Assembly: GCA_964352985.1 (NCBI GenBank)
Contig: CAYGUK010000003.1
Location: 7,869 to 71,868, forward strand
Direction: 5' to 3'
Length of the DNA: 64,000 nucleotides
DNA from: an uncultured Legionellales bacterium
Lineage (GTDB): Bacteria > Pseudomonadota > Gammaproteobacteria > JAHCLG01
In this document: positions 27,991-37,868 of the stretch, piece by piece
Numbering within the stretch: the first letter of the stretch is position 1
Layout: every line of letters begins with the position of its first letter
Translations under genes and position numbers: made by a program
The notes under the pieces: model-generated
The model's input: the letters and a program-made list of their open reading frames with translations, nothing else
What the model was told of the DNA's origin: nothing
Databases searched by the model: none

Positions 27991-28758
27991 ATGAAGGCAG
28001 ATGAAATAGATAATTTTAGATATCATTCTGATAAAATGAGCTTATTTATTTCAAAAATTAGCAAATTTTATGATATAAAATATTTTAGTAATACACGATT
28101 TTATAAAGATTCTATTACTTCGTTAACGACCAGCCCAGAGTTAATTAATTATTCTTTTAATAATCCCTTTTATAAAATTGCTGGAAATATTTTACCTGAA
28201 GGAATTTATAAATGGGAAGATTATTGTTTACCAGAAATATTAAGCTATTATCGAAATAATTTGGGGTTAATTCCAGGTTACACTATATTATTTTATCATG
28301 ATAACTATATTGATCAATTTAGCTTCGCGGGTTGCAATTCGGGGCGCGACTTAAATTACTTGTTCCAAAATAAATTTCATGTAATAAATCATTTTATCAG
28401 CTGGTATAAAGATAAATCTCAAGAATTAATAAAAACGCCTCAAATTTTTTCCCCAAGAAAATCTGAAATACAAAATGATGTTTTATATAACTCAGATCGT
28501 GAAGAATTATTTTTAAGTTCTATAAATAATAAAAAATATTTTTATAATGGGGAAGATAATAAAAGTTATTTGTCAAAAAGTGAGAGATTTATCTTGGTTC
28601 TTACTGCTCATGGGTATGTGTCAAAAGAAATTTCTGAAATCATGAGCCTGAGTTTTGAATCTGTTAATACGTATCGAAAAAGAATTTTAAGAAAACTCAA
28701 CGTCCGAAATATTACTCAAGCTGTTCATGTAGCTCAAGTAGAAGGTCTAATTTCTTAA
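27991..28758 (+). CDS. LuxR-family transcriptional regulator with non-canonical N-terminal domain
   Basis: C-terminal LuxR/FixJ-type HTH (ERFILVLTAHGYVSKEISEIMSLSFESVNTYRKRILRKLNV). The N-terminal 180 aa show no clear acyl-HSL-binding signature. Confidence 0.75.
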   Translation: MKADEIDNFRYHSDKMSLFISKISKFYDIKYFSNTRFYKDSITSLTTSPELINYSFNNPFYKIAGNILPEGIYKWEDYCLPEILSYYRNNLGLIPGYTILFYHDNYIDQFSFAGCNSGRDLNYLFQNKFHVINHFISWYKDKSQELIKTPQIFSPRKSEIQNDVLYNSDREELFLSSINNKKYFYNGEDNKSYLSKSERFILVLTAHGYVSKEISEIMSLSFESVNTYRKRILRKLNVRNITQAVHVAQVEGLIS

Positions 28759-29754
28759 TTAACTAATAAAAATAACACCTTGAACAATAAAAACTAGGAT
28801 TAAAAAAGGAATTATCATGGTTGATAGTCGTCTCGTAAATATTTTTGCTCTAGGTGTAGCAATTGCTTTATCATAAATCGGATTAGATTTATTTAATTTT
28901 TTAATTAAGTGATAAGTTATGGCTCCACTAAAAAATATGGATAAAAAGGGAACTAGAACACAAATCATAAAGCCAACTTCATAATCACAAAAAAACAATT
29001 CACCAATATATTGTAATCCACTATAAAGAGAGTTGTCACTAAGACCTTTTTCATTGCCCAAATATTGTAGTAAAAAAATAATAATGCAAGTGATAATAAA
29101 TCCACAAATAGTACCTGTATTTCGGCCAATATACCGAGCTTTTGCTTCTAATGATGAGAGTTTGGATTTATATTGTAAAAAAGTATGATTCATTATAGTA
29201 ATAGCTAAGTGCATACTTACCCCCAGGGAAAAAACCATGAAAAAAGCAGTCCCTAGATTTGTATAAAATAATTCTGCAGCAGTTAAATTACTTGTAATTT
29301 CACCAATTGAGCTATTAAGCACAAATAAAGCTAAATTAGTATTAATAGAGATGATAGAACGATTAACCTGTTTGCTTTTATGTTTTCCAGTGATACACCA
29401 AAACACAAAATGCTCACAATTATTATTAAATATTGAATAACAGTTTTCACCAACTCGGGAAATTGCGCGATCTACAACACTATCTCTTTCAAACCTTCTT
29501 TGGTTATATTTTTTAAGATAAATAGTACAACCACCAGCAAATTCTTCTAGCGTAACAATTTCAATTGGTGCTCGAGAAAATTTTTTGGCGAAACCAGCAT
29601 AATGAACAACGTTACCATCACCAACGTATAAGCCGTGGTGAGAATAAGTTCCACCCGCTTTATAAACGTAGAGGTGATCACCTTTTCTTATTTTTTTTAA
29701 TGCGTTTAATCGCGCATGTCGTCTAAATATGGATTTTATATATTTTATAATCAC
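28759..29754 (-). CDS. LRAT/PLAAT (HRASLS)-like NlpC/P60-superfamily acyltransferase/phospholipase with polytopic C-terminal membrane domain
   Basis: The N-terminal 125 aa align with the PLAAT His-His-Cys triad region: HHGLYVGDGNVVH and NNCEHFVFW (compare human PLAAT3 RHWAIYVGDGYVVH ... NCEHFV). Followed by about 4-5 predicted TM helices. Confidence 0.75.
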   Translation of the reverse strand: MIIKYIKSIFRRHARLNALKKIRKGDHLYVYKAGGTYSHHGLYVGDGNVVHYAGFAKKFSRAPIEIVTLEEFAGGCTIYLKKYNQRRFERDSVVDRAISRVGENCYSIFNNNCEHFVFWCITGKHKSKQVNRSIISINTNLALFVLNSSIGEITSNLTAAELFYTNLGTAFFMVFSLGVSMHLAITIMNHTFLQYKSKLSSLEAKARYIGRNTGTICGFIITCIIIFLLQYLGNEKGLSDNSLYSGLQYIGELFFCDYEVGFMICVLVPFLSIFFSGAITYHLIKKLNKSNPIYDKAIATPRAKIFTRRLSTMIIPFLILVFIVQGVIFIS

Positions 29755-29920
29755 AGACCTTACACTTTAAATATAGATGAATGTTAATATATTGTTAGTG
29801 TTCATCCTTAAAGTTGTGTCATTAATCAATCCATGATTTAAAAACAACATATCTATATTAAAATTATGCAATATTTCGCAATTAGTCAAGCTCGAACTTA
29901 CTGTTAAAATTACAGGTATT

Positions 29921-30643
29921 TTAGTGTAGTAATGACTGTGATTTTAATAATTTATAACAGTGAAGATGCCCATTTATCAAGGCGAATTCAATAGCAGCTT
30001 GCAAACTTTCAGTTTCAAGCAAGGAATTATTTGTAAATTTTAATAAACTTGCTACACATTGCAAATTACCGATTGCACTGGCCAATTGAAGGGGAAAATA
30101 ACCTTGAACTTTTATGCTAATAATATTGGGGTTAAATTGTAATAAGTTTTCTAGCCAAACTATATCATTATTTAATATAGCATCCATTAGACTGAAGGTT
30201 GCTAATTTTAGTTCATTTTTTATAACAAGTTTAATACATTGTTGTACCGGATTTAAACGCCGCCTTTTTTTTGGGCGTAAATGATACCATAATGGAGGCT
30301 CCCATATATTTTTGTGGCATTTAATACAATGTGAAATAGGATTGATTAAGATAGTAACATTATGGTGCAATAAAATTTCAACACATTCTAAATGACCTTT
30401 TATCACAGCTAAGTCAAGCAAGGATAGGTTTTGGTTTATTCGTGTATTAACATCACCACCGTGAATAATTGTAAGAGATAATAATTCCCATAAGCCATAA
30501 TGAGTCGTGTAATACATTAGATTGGGTATTAATTTTTTATTTGATTGAAGCAGAACAATAAATGATACTAAGTCATTGTTTTTAAATATATCATGTAACG
30601 TATTGTCAAGTGCAGAAGTATTTATAAACATAGTATTGCCCAA
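29921..30643 (-). CDS. Ankyrin-repeat protein with basic NLS-like patch
   Basis: At least 3 ankyrin repeats (LLDLAVIKGHLECVEILLHHNV; FPLQLASAIGNLQCVASLLKF; LQAAIEFALINGHLHCYKLLK). Carries an RPKKRRRL basic cluster. Confidence 0.8.
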   Translation of the reverse strand: MGNTMFINTSALDNTLHDIFKNNDLVSFIVLLQSNKKLIPNLMYYTTHYGLWELLSLTIIHGGDVNTRINQNLSLLDLAVIKGHLECVEILLHHNVTILINPISHCIKCHKNIWEPPLWYHLRPKKRRRLNPVQQCIKLVIKNELKLATFSLMDAILNNDIVWLENLLQFNPNIISIKVQGYFPLQLASAIGNLQCVASLLKFTNNSLLETESLQAAIEFALINGHLHCYKLLKSQSLLH

Positions 30644-30707
30644 AAAAGTTAAACTATATTTATGTTAATGCAAATGATAATTATTCTCAACAATATTTAG
30701 GCTGGTT

Positions 30708-32033
30708 CTATTTATATCTAAGGTTGTTGAAATACCAAATCCCATTAAAATAATTGATTTTACTTTTATAATTATTTTTGTCTATTAATAGAATGCCTGA
30801 AGCTAACCAGGTTGTCAGTAATTGATGAGTTGTATAAATTGCGAATTGTTTTAATTCCTGATTTGACTTTCGTTGAAGTATTACGCTTTGATTAATTGAG
30901 CTTTGTATCTCTTCATAGAAGAGTGATATTAGGAGATTATCAATGACTCTGTTATCTACATTTAAATAAATTGATAAATTCCATTTTTTCATCCATTCTT
31001 CTATAGTCATTATGTTTTTTATATGATGAGATGGATAAATTGATATGTTAAATTCAATTACGCCTTTAGGGGTTTGTAAACTTTTAATAGAAAAATATAG
31101 AAATGTATTTTTTTGAACAATATTTTTAATGGTATCAAACAAAATGTTATCATCACTCAGGCCACTTTCGTATAAATTAATAAGCGTTAATAAAATGTTA
31201 AACTGTAGATAATCTAATCGTTCAATAGCTAGATTTAGTTTGCCATTTTTAAATAAAATATCATTAAACAGTAAAGTGGAAAAATTTACAGTGAAATAAA
31301 AAGAAATATTATTATTAAAAATATTATCCAGGTACTTTAATTTAAAATTAGTTAATTTGATTAATTCAGGACCGTAAAAAATGCTAGCTATTTCAGTACT
31401 AAAATCCATATCAGTTTTGTCCTTGTGTTGATGGGATATATATTCACTATTTCTTAGAACAATTTCCAAGTTGTTTTCTTTTAATTTCAATGAATCTATA
31501 GTTAGCTTCGTTGCAGTTAAATTATTATTAAGCTGAGATTGAAGTTTTATGTTTTTAACATCGAAATAATTTCCCCCATTCTTTAATGATATAGCATCAA
31601 TATTTGCTCTTAATCTATAATCACCATTTAAAAGTAATGTGAAATCATTGGTAATATCTGTGTTTAATAAAGAATGTGTTTTTAATTCATTTTCCAATGC
31701 GGGTTTGAAAATCTTTCTTGCTTCACAATATGCGGTAGCAAATAATAGGTTCTCTTGATTTTTATTAATAATGACAGGGCCATGATAAATAGTGACATTA
31801 AAATACAAATTATGTTCAGATTGCGAAGAAAAAAATTGTGAGAGTGAATCATTTAAGTTTAATTTTAGTGTAGCTTCAGACTTGAACCAGCCACGTTGAT
31901 ATTCACTCAATTGCAATTGTGGGTATTGTTGAATTAAAGATTGGATTTTATGATTTGCAATCAAGCCCATTACCCAAGGTAAAACAAACAATATAACTAT
32001 TATAGAAAATGTAATGATTAATACGCGCAGCAA
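30708..32033 (-). CDS. YdgA-like (DUF945) membrane-anchored protein
   Basis: N-terminal TM anchor, then EYQRGWFKSEATLKL, which resembles the E. coli YdgA N-terminal motif YQNYHRGVFSSQLQLLV. Only 64 bp upstream of the ankyrin gene. Confidence 0.5.
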   Translation of the reverse strand: MLRVLIITFSIIVILFVLPWVMGLIANHKIQSLIQQYPQLQLSEYQRGWFKSEATLKLNLNDSLSQFFSSQSEHNLYFNVTIYHGPVIINKNQENLLFATAYCEARKIFKPALENELKTHSLLNTDITNDFTLLLNGDYRLRANIDAISLKNGGNYFDVKNIKLQSQLNNNLTATKLTIDSLKLKENNLEIVLRNSEYISHQHKDKTDMDFSTEIASIFYGPELIKLTNFKLKYLDNIFNNNISFYFTVNFSTLLFNDILFKNGKLNLAIERLDYLQFNILLTLINLYESGLSDDNILFDTIKNIVQKNTFLYFSIKSLQTPKGVIEFNISIYPSHHIKNIMTIEEWMKKWNLSIYLNVDNRVIDNLLISLFYEEIQSSINQSVILQRKSNQELKQFAIYTTHQLLTTWLASGILLIDKNNYKSKINYFNGIWYFNNLRYK

Positions 32034-32340
32034 GAAACATTCCTTACATAAGATTACAAAATTAGTTAGGTGTGAAGTGAGACCTAATCTTGCATAGTAT
32101 AATAAAAGTATAGATCATAAATATAATAATGCATAAAACGCCGATAAAACACGCAAAACATATATATAAATATTTTAAAAAGTTATATGCTTGTTTTATG
32201 ATACGTCAGTTTGTATAGTCGAATAATTAAAACAAAACTTATGTTGATTTAAATAGAAATAAATTAATAACCTTATAACTAAGGTGAACGAATAGTTTAA
32301 TTAGAAGTAGCCTAGTACCCCTTGGATTAATTTAAAGGAA

Positions 32341-33714
32341 ATGCAAATGTCTATTCAAACTGTCAACCCCTCTAATGGAAATGTTATCGACACTTATGAT
32401 GAATACTCACCAGAAAAAGTTCAGGATATTATAACTCAAAATCATAAAGCATATTTAGCTTGGCAAGATGAAACATATCAAACTCGCCGAGAGAAAATGC
32501 TTAATCTAGCGAATATTTTACGAAAGAAAAAAGAACATCTCAGCATATTGATGGCGAATGAAATGGGTAAACCAATAAAATGGGGAAAAAGTGAGTTAGA
32601 AAAATGTGCTCTTGTTTGTGAATATTATGCCGAAAATGCTGAATCGTATTTATCACCATATTCGATACAAACAGAAATGCAAAAGAGTTATGTAACATAT
32701 CAATCATTGGGAAGTATTTTAGCAATCATGCCTTGGAATTTCCCCTTTTGGCAAGTTTTTCGATTTGCTGCTCCAAACTTAATGGCTGGAAATGCTGTTT
32801 TATTAAAACATGCCCCGATCTCTACGGGTACCGGACTTGAAATTGAGCATCTAATTCTGGAAGCGGGTTTTCCAGATAATCTTTTTAGAACATTAGTCAT
32901 TTCAGAAAAAGATGTTTCCTATATAATTGAAAATCAACATATTAAAGGAGTCACCTTAACAGGAAGTGGTCGCGCAGGAAAATCTGTTGCAGAACAGGCT
33001 GGCCGTGCTTTAAAAAAAGTAGTTTTAGAATTAGGTGGAAGCGACCCATATTTAATCTTAAATGATGCCGATCTTGAAAAAGCTGCAACGGCTTGTGTTT
33101 TTTCGAGATTATATAATACTGGCCAAGTTTGTATCGCGGCAAAAAGATTGATTGCGGTAAATAAAATCTATGAAGAATTTAAAGAGCTAATTTTGCAAAA
33201 AATTAAAAATTATAGCATTGGCGATCCTTTAGATGAAAATACTGATTTAGGACCTATTGCTCGAAGAGATCTTAGAGAAGAGATTCAACGTCAAGTTAAT
33301 ATGTCCATGCTACAAGGTGCGAAAGTCATTATGGGAGGTGAACCATGTCCAGGTTTAGGCTTCTATTATCCAATAACAGTACTCGAAAATGTTTTACCTG
33401 GTTGTGAAGCTTTTGATAATGAAATTTTTGGGCCGGTGATTAGCTTAGTCTCTGCAAAAGATGAAGATGATGCCATAAACCTTGCAAATAAATCGCAATA
33501 TGGATTAGGCGCCGCAGTTTTCACTAATGATATTAATAAAGGTGAAATAATTGCTAGAGAAAAAATAAACGCGGGTTGTGTTTTTGTTAATGCTTTTGTA
33601 GGTTCAGATCCTAGGCTACCCTTTGGCGGAATAAATGCTTCAGGTTTTGGGCGCGAGTTAAGTCGTGAAGGAATACATGAGTTTGTGAATATAAAAACTA
33701 TAGCAATAACTTAA
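32341..33714 (+). CDS. NAD(P)-dependent aldehyde dehydrogenase, succinate-semialdehyde dehydrogenase-like
   Basis: 457 aa with ALDH motifs ELGGSDPYLIL and catalytic GQVCIAAKR Cys. Size and ends match the GabD-like short ALDH subfamily. Confidence 0.85.
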   Translation: MQMSIQTVNPSNGNVIDTYDEYSPEKVQDIITQNHKAYLAWQDETYQTRREKMLNLANILRKKKEHLSILMANEMGKPIKWGKSELEKCALVCEYYAENAESYLSPYSIQTEMQKSYVTYQSLGSILAIMPWNFPFWQVFRFAAPNLMAGNAVLLKHAPISTGTGLEIEHLILEAGFPDNLFRTLVISEKDVSYIIENQHIKGVTLTGSGRAGKSVAEQAGRALKKVVLELGGSDPYLILNDADLEKAATACVFSRLYNTGQVCIAAKRLIAVNKIYEEFKELILQKIKNYSIGDPLDENTDLGPIARRDLREEIQRQVNMSMLQGAKVIMGGEPCPGLGFYYPITVLENVLPGCEAFDNEIFGPVISLVSAKDEDDAINLANKSQYGLGAAVFTNDINKGEIIAREKINAGCVFVNAFVGSDPRLPFGGINASGFGRELSREGIHEFVNIKTIAIT

Positions 33715-33847
33715 CTTTTTAATTCCTGAATTGTATTTTATAAATTCACGGTATTGATCTTGGTATGAGATTATATTAGACCTTTTATTGGACCTAAATC
33801 GATTGATTTGTTTTCCCTTCAATCAATTCAGCATCGATTTACGTATT

Positions 33848-34315
33848 CTAAGCGATAGGGGTTTCTACTTTTAAATAACTACCATCAGAAAATATTAATG
33901 TTAATGGTATGACTTCCCCTTTTAATAATTGTTTTTTAAGACCTATTAACATAACGTGAAATCCACCTTCATTTAAATTTGTATCATGATGAGGAGTAAT
34001 TGTTATCATTTTAACTGCTTTCATTTTTTCAATATTATTTTTTATACTCAAGGTAAGATGCAATTGGACATCTTGTGCAATCGGTGAAGTTGCAGCAACT
34101 AAAGTATGGGGTAATTTGCCATTATTAACAATATTCATAAAAATTTCAGTTGATGATTGATTTTTATTACTTGGTTTGACATGTGGCAAAGTAATTTGCA
34201 TTACATGAGAAGCCAATTCATTAGAATGGTTGAATTCATATTGTGTTTTATTAATAGCATAACTTAGGGTTAAACAAAAAAAGAATGCGAATAGAATAGC
34301 TGTGAGTAATTTCAT
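33848..34315 (-). CDS. PCu(A)C-like (DUF461) periplasmic copper chaperone family protein
   Basis: Signal peptide MKLLTAILFAFFFCLTLSYA. The C-terminal block GGFHVMLIGLKKQLLKGEVIPLTLIFSDGSYLKVETPI aligns with PCuAC GGYHIMLMGLKQPLKEGDKVPLTLTF. The ORF track starts at an upstream Met (34348). Confidence 0.65.
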   Translation of the reverse strand: MKLLTAILFAFFFCLTLSYAINKTQYEFNHSNELASHVMQITLPHVKPSNKNQSSTEIFMNIVNNGKLPHTLVAATSPIAQDVQLHLTLSIKNNIEKMKAVKMITITPHHDTNLNEGGFHVMLIGLKKQLLKGEVIPLTLIFSDGSYLKVETPIA

Positions 34316-34371
34316 TTTAGCTCTCCTTGCGGTTTGAAAAAGTCTCATTTAAGTTTTATTTTACTCTTCAA

Positions 34372-35595
34372 TCAAGCTGCAGCATAGTATTTATTGTTTG
34401 AAGAATTTTGAAATTTAATAATCAATAATGACAGGAGTGCAAGTAAAGAAATAATACTTAATATAGTGGCAAGTCCCAACATGTCATGCCATCTTGAAAC
34501 AGAAAGGAAATAAGTAAAAAAGAACCCACCTAAAATTTGGATACTTCCATAAATTGCACCCGCCATTCCGGCTCTAACAGTAAATGGTGAAAGGGCATTA
34601 GCTAATACATTTCCAAAAACTAAAGATGTGCCGGTAGAAATTATTATGGTTGGAAAGATCATGCTATAAATAGTATCGACCTTGATTAAAGCTAAAAATA
34701 ACATTGTAAAACTTGAAATGGTAATTATGCTTAAACCAAAAATTATTAATATTATGGGAATATAATATTTCAGTAAAAATGCATTGAGAAAACGACCTAA
34801 AAAATTTGAACCAGTTATCAAAAGCGCAAACCATCCAAAATCAATGGGGGAAAATTTAAGTTGAGAAATTATAATAAAAGGACTAATTGTATAATAAACA
34901 ATAAGCGTGCTAAAACATAAACTACTTATTAAACTAAATAATACTAATGTATTATTCGTTAATAATGAATGATAATCTTTTATAATTTTTTTAAAATTAA
35001 ATGAGACTTTGTTTTTATCTAATAATGTTTCTGGTAAAAACTTCCAACAAACGATTGTTAAACTAAAAAATAATAAAGTCAATAATAGAAAGTTATATCG
35101 CCAACCTAAATAGCTTTGAATATAACCACCAATAGCTGGCGCAATTGCGGGCGCAACCGAAATTCCAATACCCACATATGAGCCAAACTTGGCTAGCTGT
35201 TGTCCTTTGAATAAATCACGAGATATTGTTCTCGTGAGCGACAGCATAGCACCACATCCCATACCTTGGATAAAGCGGCCAAAATAAAATAACTCTATGG
35301 TATTTGAAAAGAAACAGATGATACTCGCAAAGAAACTAATTATAAGCCCCATGATTATTATTTTACGGCGACCAAAGCTATCTGAAACTGGGCCATAAAT
35401 AAGTTGGGAAATCGCAAGTGATATTAGATAAATAGAAATAGTGAGTTGAACGGCTGTTGTTGAAGTATTGAACTCGTGTTTAATGGTTGGAAGTGATGAG
35501 ACATAAAGATCTGAAGTAAACACACCGCCCATTGCGAGCAAAACAATTAGAAATAGAATCAATTTCGTATTTGAGGCATGATTTTTCTTTTTCAT
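34372..35595 (-). CDS. MFS efflux transporter, Bcr/CflA-like
   Basis: 407 aa with 12 predicted TM helices and motif A GPVSDSFGRRKIIIMGL. Confidence 0.8.
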   Translation of the reverse strand: MKKKNHASNTKLILFLIVLLAMGGVFTSDLYVSSLPTIKHEFNTSTTAVQLTISIYLISLAISQLIYGPVSDSFGRRKIIIMGLIISFFASIICFFSNTIELFYFGRFIQGMGCGAMLSLTRTISRDLFKGQQLAKFGSYVGIGISVAPAIAPAIGGYIQSYLGWRYNFLLLTLLFFSLTIVCWKFLPETLLDKNKVSFNFKKIIKDYHSLLTNNTLVLFSLISSLCFSTLIVYYTISPFIIISQLKFSPIDFGWFALLITGSNFLGRFLNAFLLKYYIPIILIIFGLSIITISSFTMLFLALIKVDTIYSMIFPTIIISTGTSLVFGNVLANALSPFTVRAGMAGAIYGSIQILGGFFFTYFLSVSRWHDMLGLATILSIISLLALLSLLIIKFQNSSNNKYYAAA

Positions 35596-35732
35596 GATAC
35601 CGCCCAGTTAGAAAGAGTAAGTGTGATTGTACTCTTAATTGATTGAACATTCAATTATTATGAATTTTATTAAAAGTTTGATATACTTACAAGTGTAGTA
35701 AGTATTGCAAATCATTATTTGGAGCAAGAAAA

Positions 35733-36383
35733 ATGGCAGAAAATGATAATTCTGGTAAAAAGCGACCCTCAGCAGATCCAACACGCTCGAAAATTCTAGC
35801 TGTTTCACAAAAACTCTTCGCTAAAAAAGGGTTTGCCGGCACATCTATAAGTGATATTGCAACTAAAGCTAATATTAATCAAAGTCTTATTTATCACCAT
35901 TTCGGCTCAAAGCAAGCCCTTTGGCGTTTAGTTAAACAGAACTTACTTGAAAACTACTTTTGTGTGAATGATATTAGTTTTTCTGAGTGGTTAGGGGCTA
36001 ATTCTGCTCGTGAATTTATTCAACACTACATTACAGTACGTTTTAAATTTTATGAAAAAAATCCTGATGTTCAGCGCATGATTAATTGGCAACGTCTTGA
36101 ACCAAATCAAGAAGAATTAAAAGGTGTAAAACAAGATGATATCGAGAGACTTTGCCAAAAGATCAAAGATTTCCAAGATAAAGGCGAATTAACTTCTGAC
36201 TGTGAACCCGAGCTTATTCTTGTACTATTGTCCACCACAGCTATTAGTTTATTTTCAAATTTGTGGTGTGTGATGCATGATCGTAATGAAAATGAGCAAG
36301 CGAAGCTAAGAAATCAATATTTAACACTAATCATTAATAGTTTAACTGATGGATTGGCTACCAAGAAGTCGGAAATAGACTAA
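35733..36383 (+). CDS. TetR-family transcriptional regulator
   Basis: N-terminal TetR HTH (KILAVSQKLFAKKGFAGTSISDIATKANINQSLIYHHFGSKQALW). Divergent from the MFS pump gene. Confidence 0.85.
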   Translation: MAENDNSGKKRPSADPTRSKILAVSQKLFAKKGFAGTSISDIATKANINQSLIYHHFGSKQALWRLVKQNLLENYFCVNDISFSEWLGANSAREFIQHYITVRFKFYEKNPDVQRMINWQRLEPNQEELKGVKQDDIERLCQKIKDFQDKGELTSDCEPELILVLLSTTAISLFSNLWCVMHDRNENEQAKLRNQYLTLIINSLTDGLATKKSEID

Positions 36384-36426
36384 AATATAAGAAAGTAAGC
36401 TATCTAAAGGAAGAGTAAGTCTCGAT

Positions 36427-36996
36427 ATGCGATTTATTTTATTAATACCAATATTATTATTTTCAGTTATTGTTTATGCGACAGATAGCCAAGATCCCAA
36501 TCTAATTTCAATAAGATTTGGGACACTGATTTCTGATTTAACGATTGAAATTCAATATAAGAGTACCAGTGGTTCAGTTAGACAAGAATCAATTGAATTA
36601 ACTAAAGGAAAAACAGTACTAAAAAATTATTCCATTCTTGCCGATCCTGTACGTGAACTCAAAGTCATTAGGATTTTCGATAAAAAAAATAATATAGATA
36701 CTACAGATATTGTTTGTGAACCGACTTTTAAAGAAAATAATAGATTTACAACTGATGAAAATAATACAAACAAAGGAAATTCAACTATTCATTCACAGAA
36801 TATTGAATTACCTAAAGATGTTGAGATAAAAGTTTATGGAAACAAAAAAAATAAACCTTTATACACAAGACCTGTAAAACAAAAGCCTAACTCAACAAAT
36901 ATCGTTAAACCAAAAAATAAAGATGAATATCAAATCGTCATAGTTCGGGATGGTAGTTTTGGTGTTACACGTTATGGATGTATCGTAACGCACTAA
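36427..36996 (+). CDS. Hypothetical secreted protein
   Basis: 189 aa with a signal peptide (MRFILLIPILLFSVIVYA), N/K-rich, no recognisable domain. Confidence 0.5.
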   Translation: MRFILLIPILLFSVIVYATDSQDPNLISIRFGTLISDLTIEIQYKSTSGSVRQESIELTKGKTVLKNYSILADPVRELKVIRIFDKKNNIDTTDIVCEPTFKENNRFTTDENNTNKGNSTIHSQNIELPKDVEIKVYGNKKNKPLYTRPVKQKPNSTNIVKPKNKDEYQIVIVRDGSFGVTRYGCIVTH

Positions 36997-37000
36997 TGTA

Positions 37001-37438
37001 TTATTTGGGTGCCACACCCTGATGAATAGTGGCGTCGCCTTCATTCCAGAGAACAGTTTGTTTGATTCTATTTATTTTCCATGATTTATTAATTCTGATT
37101 AAATAAAAGTTATAAATTGCATGCGTATTAAAAATTTGATTAAGTTCATTTTTTCTAAAAATAATAGCATTTAATTGACAGTGTGCTGTATCTTTATTAA
37201 TTGTGATGTCCAAATTTGAAAATAAATGCTGTGTTTTTAAATGATTAAGCGATTGCTGTCTTAACTTAACATATTCAACATTACTGATAAAATCAATTTT
37301 CCCACGCAGATCTTGATAATCACATTCTACGACATCATCCAATGTATTTTGTAGATCAGTCCAATTTTTTAAGTCAAAACTATTAGCAAATTTTGATAAA
37401 GTATTAGAGATATCAGAATTTAATTGATGATTATCCAC
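37001..37438 (-). CDS. Hypothetical protein, possibly NTF2-like fold
   Basis: 145 aa; size and hydrophobic pattern resemble SnoaL/NTF2-like proteins but no firm motif. Overlaps the next gene by 8 bp. Confidence 0.45.
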   Translation of the reverse strand: MDNHQLNSDISNTLSKFANSFDLKNWTDLQNTLDDVVECDYQDLRGKIDFISNVEYVKLRQQSLNHLKTQHLFSNLDITINKDTAHCQLNAIIFRKNELNQIFNTHAIYNFYLIRINKSWKINRIKQTVLWNEGDATIHQGVAPK

Positions 37439-37868
37439 GGTATTGTTTCACTCTACTTTGCATTTCACTATCAGATAAATCTTCTTTATGTGTTGCAATC
37501 CACCACTGATTGCCTGCAGGATCTTTTATACCTGCATTTCGATCCCCATAAAATTGATCGCAAGGTTGTAGAATTGATATACCGCCAGCTGCTATTGCAG
37601 TTTGATATGTTTTATCAGTATTTTCAGTATAAACATATAACATCGTTGTATTTGGTTTAGTAGAATCTCTAGCATCAGCTATCATAACAATACAATTGAA
37701 TAAACGTAATTCGGCATTCATTATTTTATGATCATACTCGTGACAAGTAATTAATTTTGCATCAAATGCTTGTTGTAAAAAAGTAATAAGACTTTTGGCA
37801 TCATCAGTAATTAAATAAGGAATAATTTGTTGATAACCCTCAGGAATAGGATTGATTGAATTCATCAT
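37431..37868 (-). CDS. VOC (glyoxalase/bleomycin-resistance/PhnB-like) family protein
   Basis: IIPYLITDDAKSLITFLQQAFDA ... DQFYGDRNAGIKDPAGNQWWIA is typical of the PhnB-like VOC family. Confidence 0.75.
   Translation of the reverse strand: MMNSINPIPEGYQQIIPYLITDDAKSLITFLQQAFDAKLITCHEYDHKIMNAELRLFNCIVMIADARDSTKPNTTMLYVYTENTDKTYQTAIAAGGISILQPCDQFYGDRNAGIKDPAGNQWWIATHKEDLSDSEMQSRVKQYRG

Noticed and set aside
32540-33142. Three minus-strand ORFs inside the aldehyde dehydrogenase gene
   Set aside because: Antisense to a well-supported ALDH reading frame.
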